DNA of 64,000 bases from the human T2T-CHM13v2.0 reference genome, Homo sapiens. The notes under the pieces are model-generated. The model ran no database searches. It saw only the letters and a program-made list of their open reading frames with translations, and was not told the DNA's origin. This document shows, one piece after another, positions 41,930-57,455 of the stretch; position 1 is the stretch's first letter, and every line of letters begins with the position of its first letter. The position numbers and the translations under genes were made by a program. The DNA lies in the NCBI RefSeq assembly GCF_009914755.1, contig NC_060928.1. One strand, written 5' to 3'.

Positions 41930-43770
41930 TTCAAGTATTCATACATAGGTAACATAATTATGTATAAAAGTCAAAGATAATCTGCAAGCTACGAAAATAA
42001 AGAAGCAACTTTAGCGAAATTGCTAGGTAAAATTAAATATATAAAAAGTATTTTCATATGCTAGCAATAAACACAAAACAAATAATTAAAATATGATACT
42101 ATTTCAATAAAATTAAATGGTGCCAAATACTTTGGAAAAAATTTAACAAAAGTATGCAGAACTTCATATGAGAGAATACAAAATTTCTGGAGAAAATATA
42201 AAGACTTAAATTGAAAGATACAGCACGTTTATGGATTAGAAAGTTTTCTATATTAGAAATTTCAGACCTTTCCAAATTAATCTTCAGATTCAACATATTT
42301 CTAACAAAAATCTTAGCAGTTTTATTTTTTTCTGTGGAAGTGGTAAATTATTTACAAAAATGTTTTGGAAAACATAAAGGCCCAAGAACAGCCACAGCAA
42401 TCTTGAAGAAAAATTTGGAGAACCTACAATATCACATTTAAAAAGACTTGGTATAAAAATATAGTAATTAAGGATACAAACACTAATCAAAGGACAGAAA
42501 AGAGAGTTCAAAAGAAATTCCAAATATAGAGAGTTACCTCATACATGAAAAAGCTACCACTGCAGCATAGTGGAAAATTTCTGATCGTATTAATAATTGA
42601 AGCTGGGTTAACTCAACATTTATTTGAAAAAAAAATCTTGAACCCTACTTCACACATTACAAAAATAAAAACATTACAAATTGCAAATATGAATATGAAC
42701 AAAACAATAAAGATTTTTTTAATACAAATAGTCATGATCTTGGAGTAGGAATAATTTCTTAAAGAAGGCACAAAGATTGTAAATTTAAAAGAAAAAATAA
42801 CACAGTGAACTACGATAAAACTTTAAAACTTCTGTTAACCAAAAGACACAATTAAAAAGTGAAAAGACAACTCACAATTTGGGAAAAGATACTCATTGTA
42901 CATATATCTGAAAAAGGTCTTATATCCACAGTATGTAAAAAAAAAAAAATTCCTGTTAGCTACTCGAAAGTGGACATCTAGTAAGAAATGGGCAAAATTC
43001 TCAACAATATACTTTAAAGAAGAGGGTGTCTAAATCATCTTCAAATACAAGAAAAATTCTCAACCTCATCAGGGGAATTCCAATTAAAATCACTAGTATG
43101 GCTTGAAATAATTTTAAAAAATACCAGTGTGTGTGAGAATATGGAGCAATTAGGCTCTCATGCACTGCATGCAAATAGGTAAATGTGTATGACCATGTTA
43201 CAAAATAGTACTTACTCAACATGAATATATGCATACTTTGAATGAGAAATCTCACTCTTAAGTCTATCCCTAACAGAAAAGGGCACATATGTTCATCAAA
43301 ACACAATAATAAACATGTAGGCAGAAACTACAAACTATTCAAATTTTTTTCAACAGTAAAATGGATAAAGAAGTTGTGGCAAATTCACAGAATGAAAAAT
43401 AATGTAGAAATGCAAATAAACAACTTATCACTACACAAAAGCAGAGAAAATCTCAAAAATTAAATATTAAGCAAAAGAAACTTACAAAAAATGAGGTCAT
43501 ATTCTAAATTCACTTAAACTACAAAGATTGAAAAAACTAATGTATTATATTTCAATCAGGCTAGTGCTGACACTTTGCATGGAATGGTGGCAGGAAGGGA
43601 CTGTGGAAGTTGTTCTAGGATTCTAGTAATGGTTGGTTTATTGATCTGGATGCTGGTGACTGACTTCATCTGTTAAGTTTGTAAAAATCCATCAAGCTTT
43701 ATTAATGTTTGTATGTGTATGTGTGTGTATTGTCTTTTCACATATTACACTTCAATAACAAATTATGAAA
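41930..43770 (+). mobile_element. L1ME ORF2 3' half and 3' UTR
   Basis: aaaggcccaagaacagccacagcaatcttgaag; ttgatctggatgctggtgac; ttacacttcaataac. Confidence 0.8.
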
Positions 43771-45149
43771 GGGAATAGTGTAATAGATGCCAGAAAAAAG
43801 CACATGCTGTCCTAGGAAAGCAGTAATGATTGCCCAAATAAAGGCTTGAATTTAATTGAGTGAATGCAATTTGAAAAACTTACATTGCTCTTTTGAGAAC
43901 CAATTTTGTGTTCAAAAAAATGATAAACATGAATCTTGTTACTCAAATTTTATAAGATGCTGTGAAAGTGCAAATTAATCATTTAATTTTGATTTCATTA
44001 ATGTCCAGCTATATAGTCTACACCAACTTTCTCATTAAGGATAACTAAAAATATTGGAATAAATGTTTAAACTTTTTCTTAAAATATAAAAAATACAAAA
44101 AATATCAACAGCAAAAAAGAAGAAAAATCTTACATAAACAACTTAACAGTATACTTTAAAGGACTAGAAAGAAGAGCAAACTAAGCCTAAGTATGAGTGA
44201 GTAGAAAGAAGGAAACAATAAAAATCAGAATAGAAATAGATGAAATGGAGACAGAAAAACAATAGAAAGATTAATAGAACTAATAGTTTTTAAAAAGATA
44301 TAATTGATAAATCTTAGGCTACCAATTAAGAAAAAAGAGAAAAACTCAAAGAAAATAAGAATTGAAAGATGAGACATTCCAACAAATGCCACAGAAATAT
44401 CAAATTCATGAGACAACCATGAGCAATTAATTATATACAAACAAATTAGTAGATCTGAAGAAATTTATTATGTCCTAGACACATTAACCTACCGAGACTA
44501 AATCATTAATAGAAAATCTAAACAGACAATAATGAGTAACAAGATTGAATCAGTAACAAAAAGTCTCCCATCAAAGAAAAGTCCAGGATCTAATGGCCTC
44601 ACTGCTGAATTCTATCAAACATGTAAAGAAGAAATAATACAAATATTTCTCAAACTCTTCCAAAAAATGAAGAAGAGAGAGTATATTCAAACTCATTTTA
44701 CGACCCTAGCATACCCTGATACCAAAGCCCCAGAAAGACACTACAAAAAAAGAAAATTATAGGCCAATATTCCTATTGAATGTAGATGCAAACATTCTCA
44801 GCAAAATACTAGCAAACTAAATTTAATAGCCCATTAGAAAGATCATTCACCATGGTCAAGTGGGACTTAACCTAGGGACGCAAGAATAATTCAACATATA
44901 CAAATCAATAAATGTGATACACCACAATAACAGAATGAAGGACTAAAGCCATATGATCATCTCAATAGTTACAGACACGTATTTTACAAATTTCAACAAC
45001 CTTTCATGACAGAAACTCTATTCAAATTAGGTATATAAGGAGTGCACCTCAACACAATAAAGGTTATATGTGACAATTCCATGGCTAACATCATAACGGT
45101 GAAAAGTTGAAAGCTTTTTCTATAAGATTAAAAAGATAATAATGTCCAC

Positions 45150-45511
45150 CGTATTAGTCCATTTTCATCTTGCTATGAAGAAATACTCAAGGCTGGGTAA
45201 GTTACAAAGAAAAAGAGGTTTAATGGACTCACAGTTGCACATGGCTGGGGAGGCCTCACAATTGTGACAGAAGGTGAAGGAGGAGGAAAGGCACGTGTTA
45301 CATAGTGGCAGGAAAGAGAGTGTGTTCAAGGGACCTGCCCTTTATAAAACCAGCAGATCTCATGAGACTTACTCGCTATCATGAGAACAGCATGGGAAAA
45401 CCTGCCCCCATGATTCAATTACTTCCCACCAGGTCTCTCCCATGACACGTGGGGATTATGGGACTACAATTCAAGATGAGATTTGGGTGGAGACACAGAC
45501 AAGCCATATCA
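45150..45511 (-). mobile_element. THE1B/C solo LTR
   Basis: gtattagtccattttc...ttcaagatgagatttgggtggagacacagacaagccatatca. Confidence 0.93.
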
Positions 45512-46106
45512 CTCACTCTCACCACTTTTATTCAACATAGTAGTGTAAGTACTAGCCAGCAATAGGTCAAGAGAAAAAAAAGTAAAAGGCATTCAAATTG
45601 GAAAGCAAGAAGCTAAATTGTCATTATTTGCAGAAGACATAATCTTATATATAGAAATCCCTAAATACTCCACCAAAAACCTGTTAGAACTAATAGACAA
45701 ATTCTGTAGTGTTTGAGGAAACAAAACTAACATACAAAAGTCAGTTTTTTTCTATATACTAACAATAAACTATATGAAAAATAAGTCAAGTAAACAATGT
45801 TATTTACAATAGTATCAAAAAGAATAAATTTAGAAATAAATTTAACCAAAGAGGTGAAAGACCTGTACATGGAAAATGATAAAACATTGATAAAATAAAT
45901 TGAAGCAGACACAAATAAATAGAAAAATAACCTATGTTTATTGACTGGTGGAATTAATATTGTTAAATGCCCATGCTACCCAAAGCAATCTATGGGTTTA
46001 GCACACTCCCTATCAAAATTCCAGTTACATATTTCACAGAAATAGATACTATTCTAAAATTTATATAGAACCACAAAAGCTCCTAATAGCCAAGGCAACC
46101 TTGAGC

Positions 46107-46184
46107 AAAAAGAACAATACTGTAGGAAAAAGAACAATACTGTAGGCTATCTTGTAGCAAAAAGAACAATACTGTATGCTATCT
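46107..46184. repeat. Local triplication of aaaaagaacaatactgta(g/t)g inside L1
   Basis: Copies at 46107-46126, 46127-46146 and 46159-46178. Confidence 0.9.
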
Positions 46185-47590
46185 GGCTTCAAAATATACT
46201 GAAAGCTTTAATAAAACAGCATAGTGAAATATTGGTACTGGAATAAAAACAGATACATTGAGAAATAAAGCAGAATTGAAGACCCAGAAATAAAACTGCA
46301 CATTTATGGGCAATTGATTTTCAACAAAGGCGCCAACGGCACACATGGGGCAAGGACAGTCTCTTCAATAAATGATGCTAAAACAAATGGATATTCACAT
46401 GCAGAAGAATGAAATTAGACCCTTATCCCACATAATATATAAAAATTCTATCAAAACAGATTACAGATTTGAATGTAAGTAGGACCTGAAACTATAAACC
46501 CACTAGAAGAAAACATAGGAGAAGAGGTCCATGACATTGATCTAGACAATAATTTTTTAACGTGACCCCGAAGCACAATAGAAAAATAGGCAAGTGGAAT
46601 TCCATCATACTAAAAAATCTTCTGCACAACAAAAGGAACACTTAAGAGAACAAAAAGCAACTTTCAGAATGGGACAAAATATTTGCAAATCATACAGTTG
46701 ACAAAGGGTAATATCCACAATATATTAGAAACTTAAACAACTCAATAGCAAGACAACAAATCATCCAATTAAAAAATAGACAAAGAACCTGAATAGACAT
46801 TTCTCAAAAGAGGACAGATAACTAGCCAACAGGTATATGAAAAAATGCTCAACATCAGGAATCATCAAAAAAATGCAAATCAAAACCACAATGAGATCAC
46901 CTCACACTTGTGAGAATGGTCAATATAAAAGAGCCAAAAGATAACAAATGTTGGTGGGGATGTGAAGAGGGAATCTTTGCACACTGGTGGTCAGAGTGTA
47001 AATTAGTACAACCATTATAGAAAATAGTATGGACGTTCCTCAAAAAACTGAAAATAGAATTACCATATGATCCAGCAATTCAACTTCTGGGTATACATCC
47101 AAAATAATTGTTAAAGAGTACTGAAATTATTAATACATAGACCTACCATCATAGAGATCAAGAGAGATAGGACAGAACTTATACACAAATTACTACAATA
47201 TAGAGAATTATTAAAAGTGCCATGTGACTGGTAGGAATTGCTGAAGGAGCTCCAGGGAAGCTGGGATCATCTGTGTCATATTAAAGGAAAAGACACATTT
47301 CACCTGGATGGCATGAACCAAGTAAACTTTACTAGATGGAGAAACAGCTAAAATTGTGTTGTTTTAATATGTGCCATGCACTATTCTATATTCTTTACAG
47401 GTTTTAAACAATTTAATTTTTACTTAATATTTATTTAATATGATATATGCTACTATAACACTAAATTTATAGATGAGAAAAATGAAATGCAGAATTGTTC
47501 TATTTCACAGAAGAAACAAGTGTGAACTTGTGTGTGTGCATGTGTATATTACATATACATATATATTTATATTTAACTCAACTTTCTCAT

Positions 47591-47687
47591 CATCTATTTT
47601 TCTTCTAGGAAATTTTCTTTCTGGAGGAAAGGTTTTCTTCCTAACTTATTCTAGTTATGTGAACTTCTTCTAGAAGAAAAATAGATG
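47591..47687. repeat. Perfect 18-bp inverted repeat with 61-nt spacer
   Basis: catctatttttcttctag (47591-47608) / ctagaagaaaaatagatg (47670-47687). Confidence 0.95.
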
Positions 47688-47823
47688 TATAGGTAATATA
47701 AAAATTTATGTATAGGCATATTAATATATAAATGTATATCTATTTATAAATACATATGCACATACATGTATATACATCAGTTATATTGACTTATATAAAT
47801 ATTATAAATTATATCAATTATAA

Positions 47824-47860
47824 ATTTGACATATTATAATTGACTTATAATAGGTCAAAT
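47824..47860. repeat. 16-bp inverted repeat (15/16 matches) with 5-nt loop
   Basis: atttgacatattataa ttgac ttataataggtcaaat. Confidence 0.93.
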
Positions 47861-48450
47861 AAATTGTGAAGTACTCATTTAAACTCATTAAGTAATATAA
47901 GTAACCTACAACACAAGATCATTTTCCAAGATGGAGAAAGCTTCACTTATTGAAAGTTTCATATGTTTTCTGTTTGGTAATATTAATTAAATAAATCGTG
48001 ATAAATATTCATGTGTTGCATTCACATGTTGATTTCTAATTAATGATGTGGAGATCAATAAATGTATCAAGAGGAGCTAAAAGAAACCCACAAATGTGGC
48101 CCCTTCAAAAACAGTGAAAATAAGTGGTTAACCACATTACTTTAGATTCCTCTTCATGGCTGAAATTTAAGAGATGAACAGAATGTTGAAATCCCTTATA
48201 TTTAATCATCTAAGAAATTTGCATGTATACAGCACATCAAAAGTTATCACTCATATGGCAAACAACATTCATTTCTCTATTATTTAATGAGAATGGAAAT
48301 TTTCTCATAAAAAGTTTAGGTATCTTTTCCTATAATCCACACTGGAATGGTTGTCCCAAAACTAAAATGTAAGACTATTCACTCTGTGAAACCCACTCAC
48401 AAGTCAAATGGTGTTTAACCCCAGGGTTTCCATCTCTTAAAAAAAAAAAG

Positions 48451-50113
<1,663 letters not shown>

Positions 50114-51651
50114 AAAAAAAAAGATGGTTATAAAATGCCTGCTGATTTCAGAAACAGCTCCACAGCTGGAGCAACATACTGATTCATGAAATATGATGAG
50201 AAACCCACCAGCACCTCATCCATCGAGATGATTATTACACTAGCATTTATTAAGTGGTAGATTTTTTTCTACCTTGTAGAATTGTCTTATTTTTATCTCT
50301 GATGTTGATACCTTGTCTTACCTGAGACAATGAATACCAGTTACATACCAAAAGCATATTTGTAACACTATATAATGTGAATTCCCCCTTAAAAGATGCA
50401 AAAATAACACTGCAATGTCATGTATTGGCAGCATTTTTTATGTGTGTGTGTGTATATGTAGCCAGCTACAGTTATCTTATCAGAAACCATTCACTTTCTA
50501 TTGCTCTCTGAATCCATGCAATTAGATGCCTAGCACTAATCTCTTCTTTCTTTCTGAAATTGAAAGAGCTTCTGCTCACACATGGGGAAATATATACTAG
50601 GCTTTCTGAAGATATAAACTGAACCCTTGAAGAGAAGAATCATTGTGACACACTGGGCTGCAATGGCAGAGGAACCTATAGTGAAAAGAAGCTCACATAA
50701 ATGGAGAAGAAACAAAAAGAAAGCTAGATGCTATAAGGGTACAAACATAATAATAAGAATCAACACTTGTTAAGTTCCTGGTGTGTGGCAGGTGTATCAC
50801 ATCTATTATCTTGAAGCTATACAATAGTTCCACACTATATGTGATAATGTATTCAATGTACAAATGTGGAAGCTTCATAGAGGATGACTAGGCTCAGGAA
50901 CTCGTAACATCAGTGGTGGCTCCAGAATTCTGTATTGTAAGTGTCAAGCCTAGTTGGAAGATGGGGCCTGCAACTGCACAGTATGTAATTCCCTAGATAA
51001 TATTAAAGAATGAGAGAATGGTGAATGCAGTTATCTGTGGGGTCAAGCTAAAGCTACCTTGTGTCCTCTTGAGACTGCCGTCACAGCTAATCTGAGCAGT
51101 GCTGGAGCTCACACCCATTTCTGTTTGAGTCCAGTACTGTATTTGTTGTTCACTGTATCACATTCCCTTTTAAATTATCAAATTTAACATCACATTAGAG
51201 TGGAACTTGAGGTGATTTCTAAATAGTAAAACTGAACTATAAAAACCTCTCCCTAAAGAGAGAAGATGGTTATCAAAGGGTTTCTTTAGTCTGAAAAGTC
51301 TCCCTTGCTCTCTCCAAAGCTGAAAGCTATCCCCAGTCCTCTGCCTCCCCATGATCTTTTAGAGCTGCCCTCATGGTTCTGAGCCAATGGTCACACTGAG
51401 CCCATAGTACTATAGGAAGCACACAGTCAGTGCAGCATCCCTGTGGTTTACTGTGGATATAACCCCAAGCTTTCCAGTGGAATTTGCACAGCTATAAATC
51501 CAAAATCCCTTTCGACAGCAGAGTGACCATAGTGTCATGATCTGCCTCACGCTCCAATTCAGAGAGACATGATGAGCAGCCTGAACAAAGCACAAAAAGG
51601 AAGAAAAATATTTTCATCTACCACAGTGATACTTTTGCGGTTATCCTTACA

Positions 51652-51872
51652 TAGGGTTGCCAAATTAAATACGGTTAAATTTGAATTTTAGTAAGCAATA
51701 AATATTTTCAGTATGACTAGAAATATATAAGCATTGGTTTAAATATTAGTGTAATACATAAGTATATCCATGTAATGTTTTGGAGATATATATATATATT
51801 AAAAATTAGTATTATTTAACTTCAAATTTAACTGGGCATCCTGTATACTGAATTTCTAAATCTGCAACCCTA
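51652..51872. mobile_element. MER53 palindromic hAT-type MITE
   Basis: Terminal tagggttgc.../...gcaacccta; internal gttaaatttgaa/ttcaaatttaac inverted arms. Confidence 0.85.
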
Positions 51873-52399
51873 CCCTAGGTGCCAAGCATAAAACCCAGTC
51901 CATTGCATCAAGGAGCTTAGCCTGGGTGTGTCAGATATATAAACCTGAATTTAAAAATAAAAATGACAAGTTCTTCTTAGGGGTATTACAAAGCACTTTA
52001 GAATCTCAGACAAGGAAGTGCCTAGTTGGGAATGGGGTGAATGAAGACACAGGCTTTATATCAATGTCTTTCTGTTTTACAACTGAAATTGTCATTAGAC
52101 AAATATCTGTATGCAAGGCACAAGGAGCTTGCTACAGAGTTGGGAACTACAGCATAAAAACAGTCCAAACCAGCAAACCACACAAAATAATAATGCAAGA
52201 AATATCCACAAAATAATCTATCATCAGTTGCCAAATAGTCTGTATACAAATATTATCTAAGAGAGCTTCATTTCTTGCTCCTTCACTGCTCAATGAGGAT
52301 AGATTTGATTTATATAATCAGAGGAGAATCTTTCCCCCAAACCCTGGGTAGAATTAAGTGTTCACTTTTGTCGCCCCAAACACTTTAAACATACTTTTA

Positions 52400-52575
52400 C
52401 CATGGTACTTCTCAGATCTTCTGTCACTATTTCTGTGTCCTCTTTTAGACTATAAATTTCTACTGGCTGGGGTCTTTGTATCCTTTTTTACATATTCTTC
52501 TTCACATCTTAAGAGCCTCATCAACATGTGGTACAATGTAAGTGTTCAGCAAATATTGAACTGTCGCTGTTGGAA
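52400..52575 (+). mobile_element. L2 3' end
   Basis: tagactataaatttc...gtaagtgttcagcaaatatt. Confidence 0.6.
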
Positions 52576-53245
52576 TTAATGTGAAACAAAACCCCTTCAA
52601 GAAAAATAAAGTGCTGAAAATCTAAATGATAATGTGCACATGTTTCGGTGTGTGTTTGTGTTTTCACATGCATGGTTTTCGACAGTGTGTCGTGACCAAC
52701 GACATACCACATAGGTCTGCAGCTACAGCATCATTTATTGTAATGGCAATAATGATGATGATGAAGAAACAAAGGAAATATTAATAATAGGAAGAGAATT
52801 CTCACAGCAGAAATATGAAGGCAGAGGAGAGATTTCACTTATGTTACACTGTTTTGCTGTGTTTTTTAAATCATTTTAATCCCTTTTCCTTCCAATTTTT
52901 ATCACTCCAATCACTTTCTCTCATACATGTTACCTAAACTCTTGAATAAATTATCACCCCTTAATCTTGTCATTTTAAATTCCGTTTGTTCTTTCTACAT
53001 TACACTACTTTTTCTAACACAAAATGAAATATTATATATGCATACACATACACACAGAGTCCCATGGAAGCTTGGGGAATTAATTTATATTAATTTGATT
53101 ATAGTTGTTTGCAGAGACACATGTTTTCTGTACTCCTTCCTCTCATATCTCCCAACTTCAGCTACTTTATGCTATTGGCTTTCTCAGTTCAAATTACCTA
53201 TACTTTCTACCATTTATTTTTGCATTTTCTACATAAAGGCAAAAA

Positions 53246-53306
53246 TGTGTGTGTGTTTATGTGTGTGTGTGTGTGTTGTGGGTGTGTGTGTGTGTTGTGG
53301 GTGTGT
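53246..53306. repeat. Imperfect (GT)n tract
   Basis: Read directly. Confidence 0.9.
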
Positions 53307-55047
53307 ATTAGAGAGGGGCTTAAGCATATATCTGGAGGTAATATTTTAAAATGTATCTCTGAATATACATATATACATAAGTATGTATATATCAATACAT
53401 AAAAATGTATGGTATGTATATATACATAGATACATGAACGAGAGAAACTTAAGTATGGAGCATGAGGTGATATTTTAAGAAATCTCTGTGTATACATGAT
53501 TATGCTTGAAATCAAAGTTTGAAAGTAGGAAGTGGTGTATTCATCTGTGTTTTATAGAATACCAGGTACACTGTGGGTGCTTAATAAATGTTAAATAATA
53601 GTAATCTGCTCCTATCCATTTATCCTTTATCTGCAATTAAGCAATGGGGTGCCAAATTATGTATCAAGCAGTTTTTATTAGGTTATATTTTTCTAGGCAG
53701 CAGGTGGAGGATTTACAACGTGTTATGCATCACAGATCTTCCCCAGAGTGATTTACCATGCAGTTTAAATAGATAAAATTCTGACCCACACCCTGCAGAG
53801 AAATTGTCAAGGCTAAAAGCAGCATTCAGCCTATCCCCTTTGCTTTCTTTCTCTCTTCTTCTCCCTCAATCTCATCACTTCTTTTGAAATAAATAAAGGC
53901 TTCTGCATTTTTAGCAAATTATTTTTGCACTTGAAACTGGTAAAAATTCCCCAAGACCATTTTAAGTTTTCATATCTGTAACACTTTGGTGACTTTTTTT
54001 TCTCTCTGTGTGTGTATATTTGAGCTGTTTTTTCTTAACACATTTTTTTTTAATTTGGACTAATGTATACATTATGCTTTAATTGTAAACGATAAAAGAC
54101 ATTCTCTATCTAAAGCAGAGTGACAGAGGGAGAGTAATTATTTTTTTTGAAGGAGACATGGCAGAAACATGAGGCACTGGCACAAATTAATCATAAAAGC
54201 TCAGAGTATAACTTGTGTCTTCTAATCTGACTCTCTAAGGAAACCCTCCCATCTTTGTCCCTGTCATGAAGTTTATGAAATCTGCTATACTTGTAATTAT
54301 GATAAAGTCGCCTCCTTACGAGCCAGATCTTCTATTTTTATTTGTAAGAATATCTAATTACCACTGAGCTATATATTTTTTACTCCTTGGTTATTTCCTC
54401 TAGAACCACAAAAAAAAAGTGGTTTAGAACATTTTATTAGATAATTCACTCATTAAAATAGTTATTGTTTGTGTCTGTATCATATTTTGGGGGTCACCAA
54501 TGACCCCGATTTTGTGAAAACCAGTGGCCAATGTTTAGTTTTTTTTTACTTAACCTATCAACAGCATTTGACTAAATTAATTACTCTTTCTTAGATTATT
54601 ATTTTGTTTTGGTATGGTGTATCATGCATTACTGGTTTTCTTTCTATTTGACCAGATACTCTTCCTCAGTCTCTTTTGCAAAGCCCTCCTCTTTTCAATC
54701 TTTTCTTATAGACATGTGCCTGATGTCTCATTCCTTGGACCGATTATTTTTTTAAATTAGTCTCACAACCCTGGTAATTTTTTTCATATCTCATTGCTTT
54801 ATAAATTCTGCTAATGGCTATTTGTCCCAAAATTAATACATCTAGTCCCAGCAAATCTTAAATTCTGATTCTCTACTTAAATATCTAATAGAATGTCAGG
54901 ATAACATATCCCAATTGAAATCTTTGTTTTCTCCTTACTTCCAAAACATAGTTCTCTAGGGATATACATTTAAGTAAATTGTATGTCACAACAATTAACC
55001 ATTTATAAGGCTTAAATTGCCAAATTCTTTTAATGCATTTTTGTTAA

Positions 55048-55721
<674 letters not shown>

Positions 55722-55854
55722 AAAAATCTAGCCCTATTCTAATCATTCCTTACTTCCTCACTACCATCTTTGTCTTAGCCACCATTAATTCTTGACTGGA
55801 CTCTTGCAATAGTCTCCTGTAATCTCCTACAGCAGACTAGTTAGATACTATGCA

Positions 55855-56725
55855 TAGTTTACAAAATATACATTCTCCCCTTCTTTATTACTAAAAGAAC
55901 ATTATTTAGTATGAAAATATATCCAGATAAAATTATCATCTCTACAATTTCAATTGCAGCTGCAGGGAGCCATGTGATCCAGTTCAAATCAATAAAATGT
56001 GAGAGGAAGTTGTCATGTAGAGTAACAGAAATTTTTTGTGAAAGATAATACCCTTTTCACACATCACTCTTTGGTTTATTTTTCTTTACCCATTTATGTC
56101 TTTACCTTTCCTGCTTTGAAAAGAAATGTAAAGTTGAAAAAGGAGTAGCTATTTTGTGACCATGAGGAGGTTATCTTCGTCTGTTTGGGCTGTTATGACA
56201 AACTACCACAAATTGGGTGGCTTAAAGATGTATTTCTCAGAGTTCTGGAGGTTGAGAAGGTCAAGACCAAGGAGTCTGCAGATTCAGTGTCTAGTGAGGG
56301 CATGCTTCCTGGGTCTTAGCCACCCTCTTTTAGTATCCTCACATGGTAGAAGGGACAAGGCTCTCTAGTCTCTTTTGTAGGGGCACTAATTCCATTCATA
56401 AGTTCTCCACCCTTATGATGTAATCGACTCCAAAGATCCTGCCTTCTAATACCATCACATTGGGAGTTAGGATTTGAACATATGAACTTTAGGTATACAC
56501 AATCACGCACTTCGTAACAGGAGGCAAACATGAGGACAAAAGCTACACATTAATGATGGCAGAGTGGAAAGATAGAAGAAGCTGGAGAGACATGTTAAAT
56601 TCAAATTGCTACATCAGTCTTCAACAGTGTAAGTCTGCATTTCAGATTACTTAAGAAAGTCACACCCCTACTTTCATACGTCCAGGTTGTCAGATTTCTG
56701 TTACAGCTAAGTGCAAGATCATTGT
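55855..56725 (+). mobile_element. MLT1J/I-like LTR split by MLT1A
   Basis: ttgcagctgcagggagccatgtgatccagttc...; taatgatggcagagtggaaagatagaagaagctgg. Confidence 0.7.
56171..56519 (-). mobile_element. MLT1A-type solo LTR with perfect 5-bp TSD
   Basis: TSD GGAGG at 56166-56170 and 56520-56524; ctaataccatcacattgggagttaggattt. Confidence 0.88.
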
Positions 56726-57415
56726 GATATAATGCAGTAAAATATGCACACACATATATACAACCATCTAATACCCTATACTGATATTTAAAATAAAATC
56801 TAAGGTTCTTTGCCTAGTCTGAATGGGCCTATAATATCTGTACCCTGCCTAAATGGTAGATTCCTTCAGCCATTTTTTCTTCCCTTGCTCAATCAATTGC
56901 AGCCAAATAAGCTTCCTTTCTATTTTTAGAACATTCTAAGAACACTTCTACTTCAGGGACTTTCCATTTATAGTTTTCTCTGCTTGAAACTCTCTTTCCA
57001 CAAACATCTGTATATGCCATGCAATCTCTTTCTGTAGACTTACACTCAATTATAACATCACCAGAGACACTACCTGCCCACTATATTTATTTATTTATTG
57101 TACATAAATTTACCGGGCACAAGTGCAATTTTGTTACATGTGTTATGGTCAAGTCATGGCTTTCAGGGCATCCATCACCTGAATAATGTGTATTGCATCC
57201 ATTAAGTAGTTTCTCATCCTCACCCTTCTGAGTCTCCATTGTCTGATACAGACACTCTCTACATCCATATGTACATCTTTTGTAACACCTACTTATGGTG
57301 AGAACATGCAATATTTGTCTTTCCATGTCTAGCTTGTTTCACTTAATTTCCTCCAGTTCCATTCATGTTGCTGCAAAAAGAAATGATTTTACTATTTTTG
57401 TAACTGGATAGTATT

Positions 57416-57418
<3 letters not shown>

Positions 57419-57452
<34 letters not shown>
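57419..57452. repeat. (GT)17 microsatellite within the L1 3' UTR, followed by a duplicated atgaatgggatattcagtgtgt
   Basis: Read directly. Confidence 0.92.

Positions 57453-57455
<3 letters not shown>

Larger units (their letters stand above)
44090..47105 (+). mobile_element. L1MA ORF2 (about 2.6 kb) split by THE1
   Basis: ORF 44532 SLPSKKSPGSNGLTAEFYQT; continuous to ttaccatatgatccagcaatt. Confidence 0.92.

Noticed and set aside
46107-46184. Three spaced 20-bp direct repeats resembling a mini CRISPR array
   Set aside because: The unit is L1 ORF2 sequence, two copies are adjacent, and there are no unique spacers. This is slippage.
52927-53515. Overlapping 97-140 aa ORFs on both strands
   Set aside because: They arise from low-complexity GT/AT repeats and show no protein-like features.
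54398-54507. Small hairpins (tctagaaccac-A9-gtggtttaga; ggggtca-ccaa-tgacccc)
   Set aside because: Stems of 7-10 bp are expected by chance in 64 kb.
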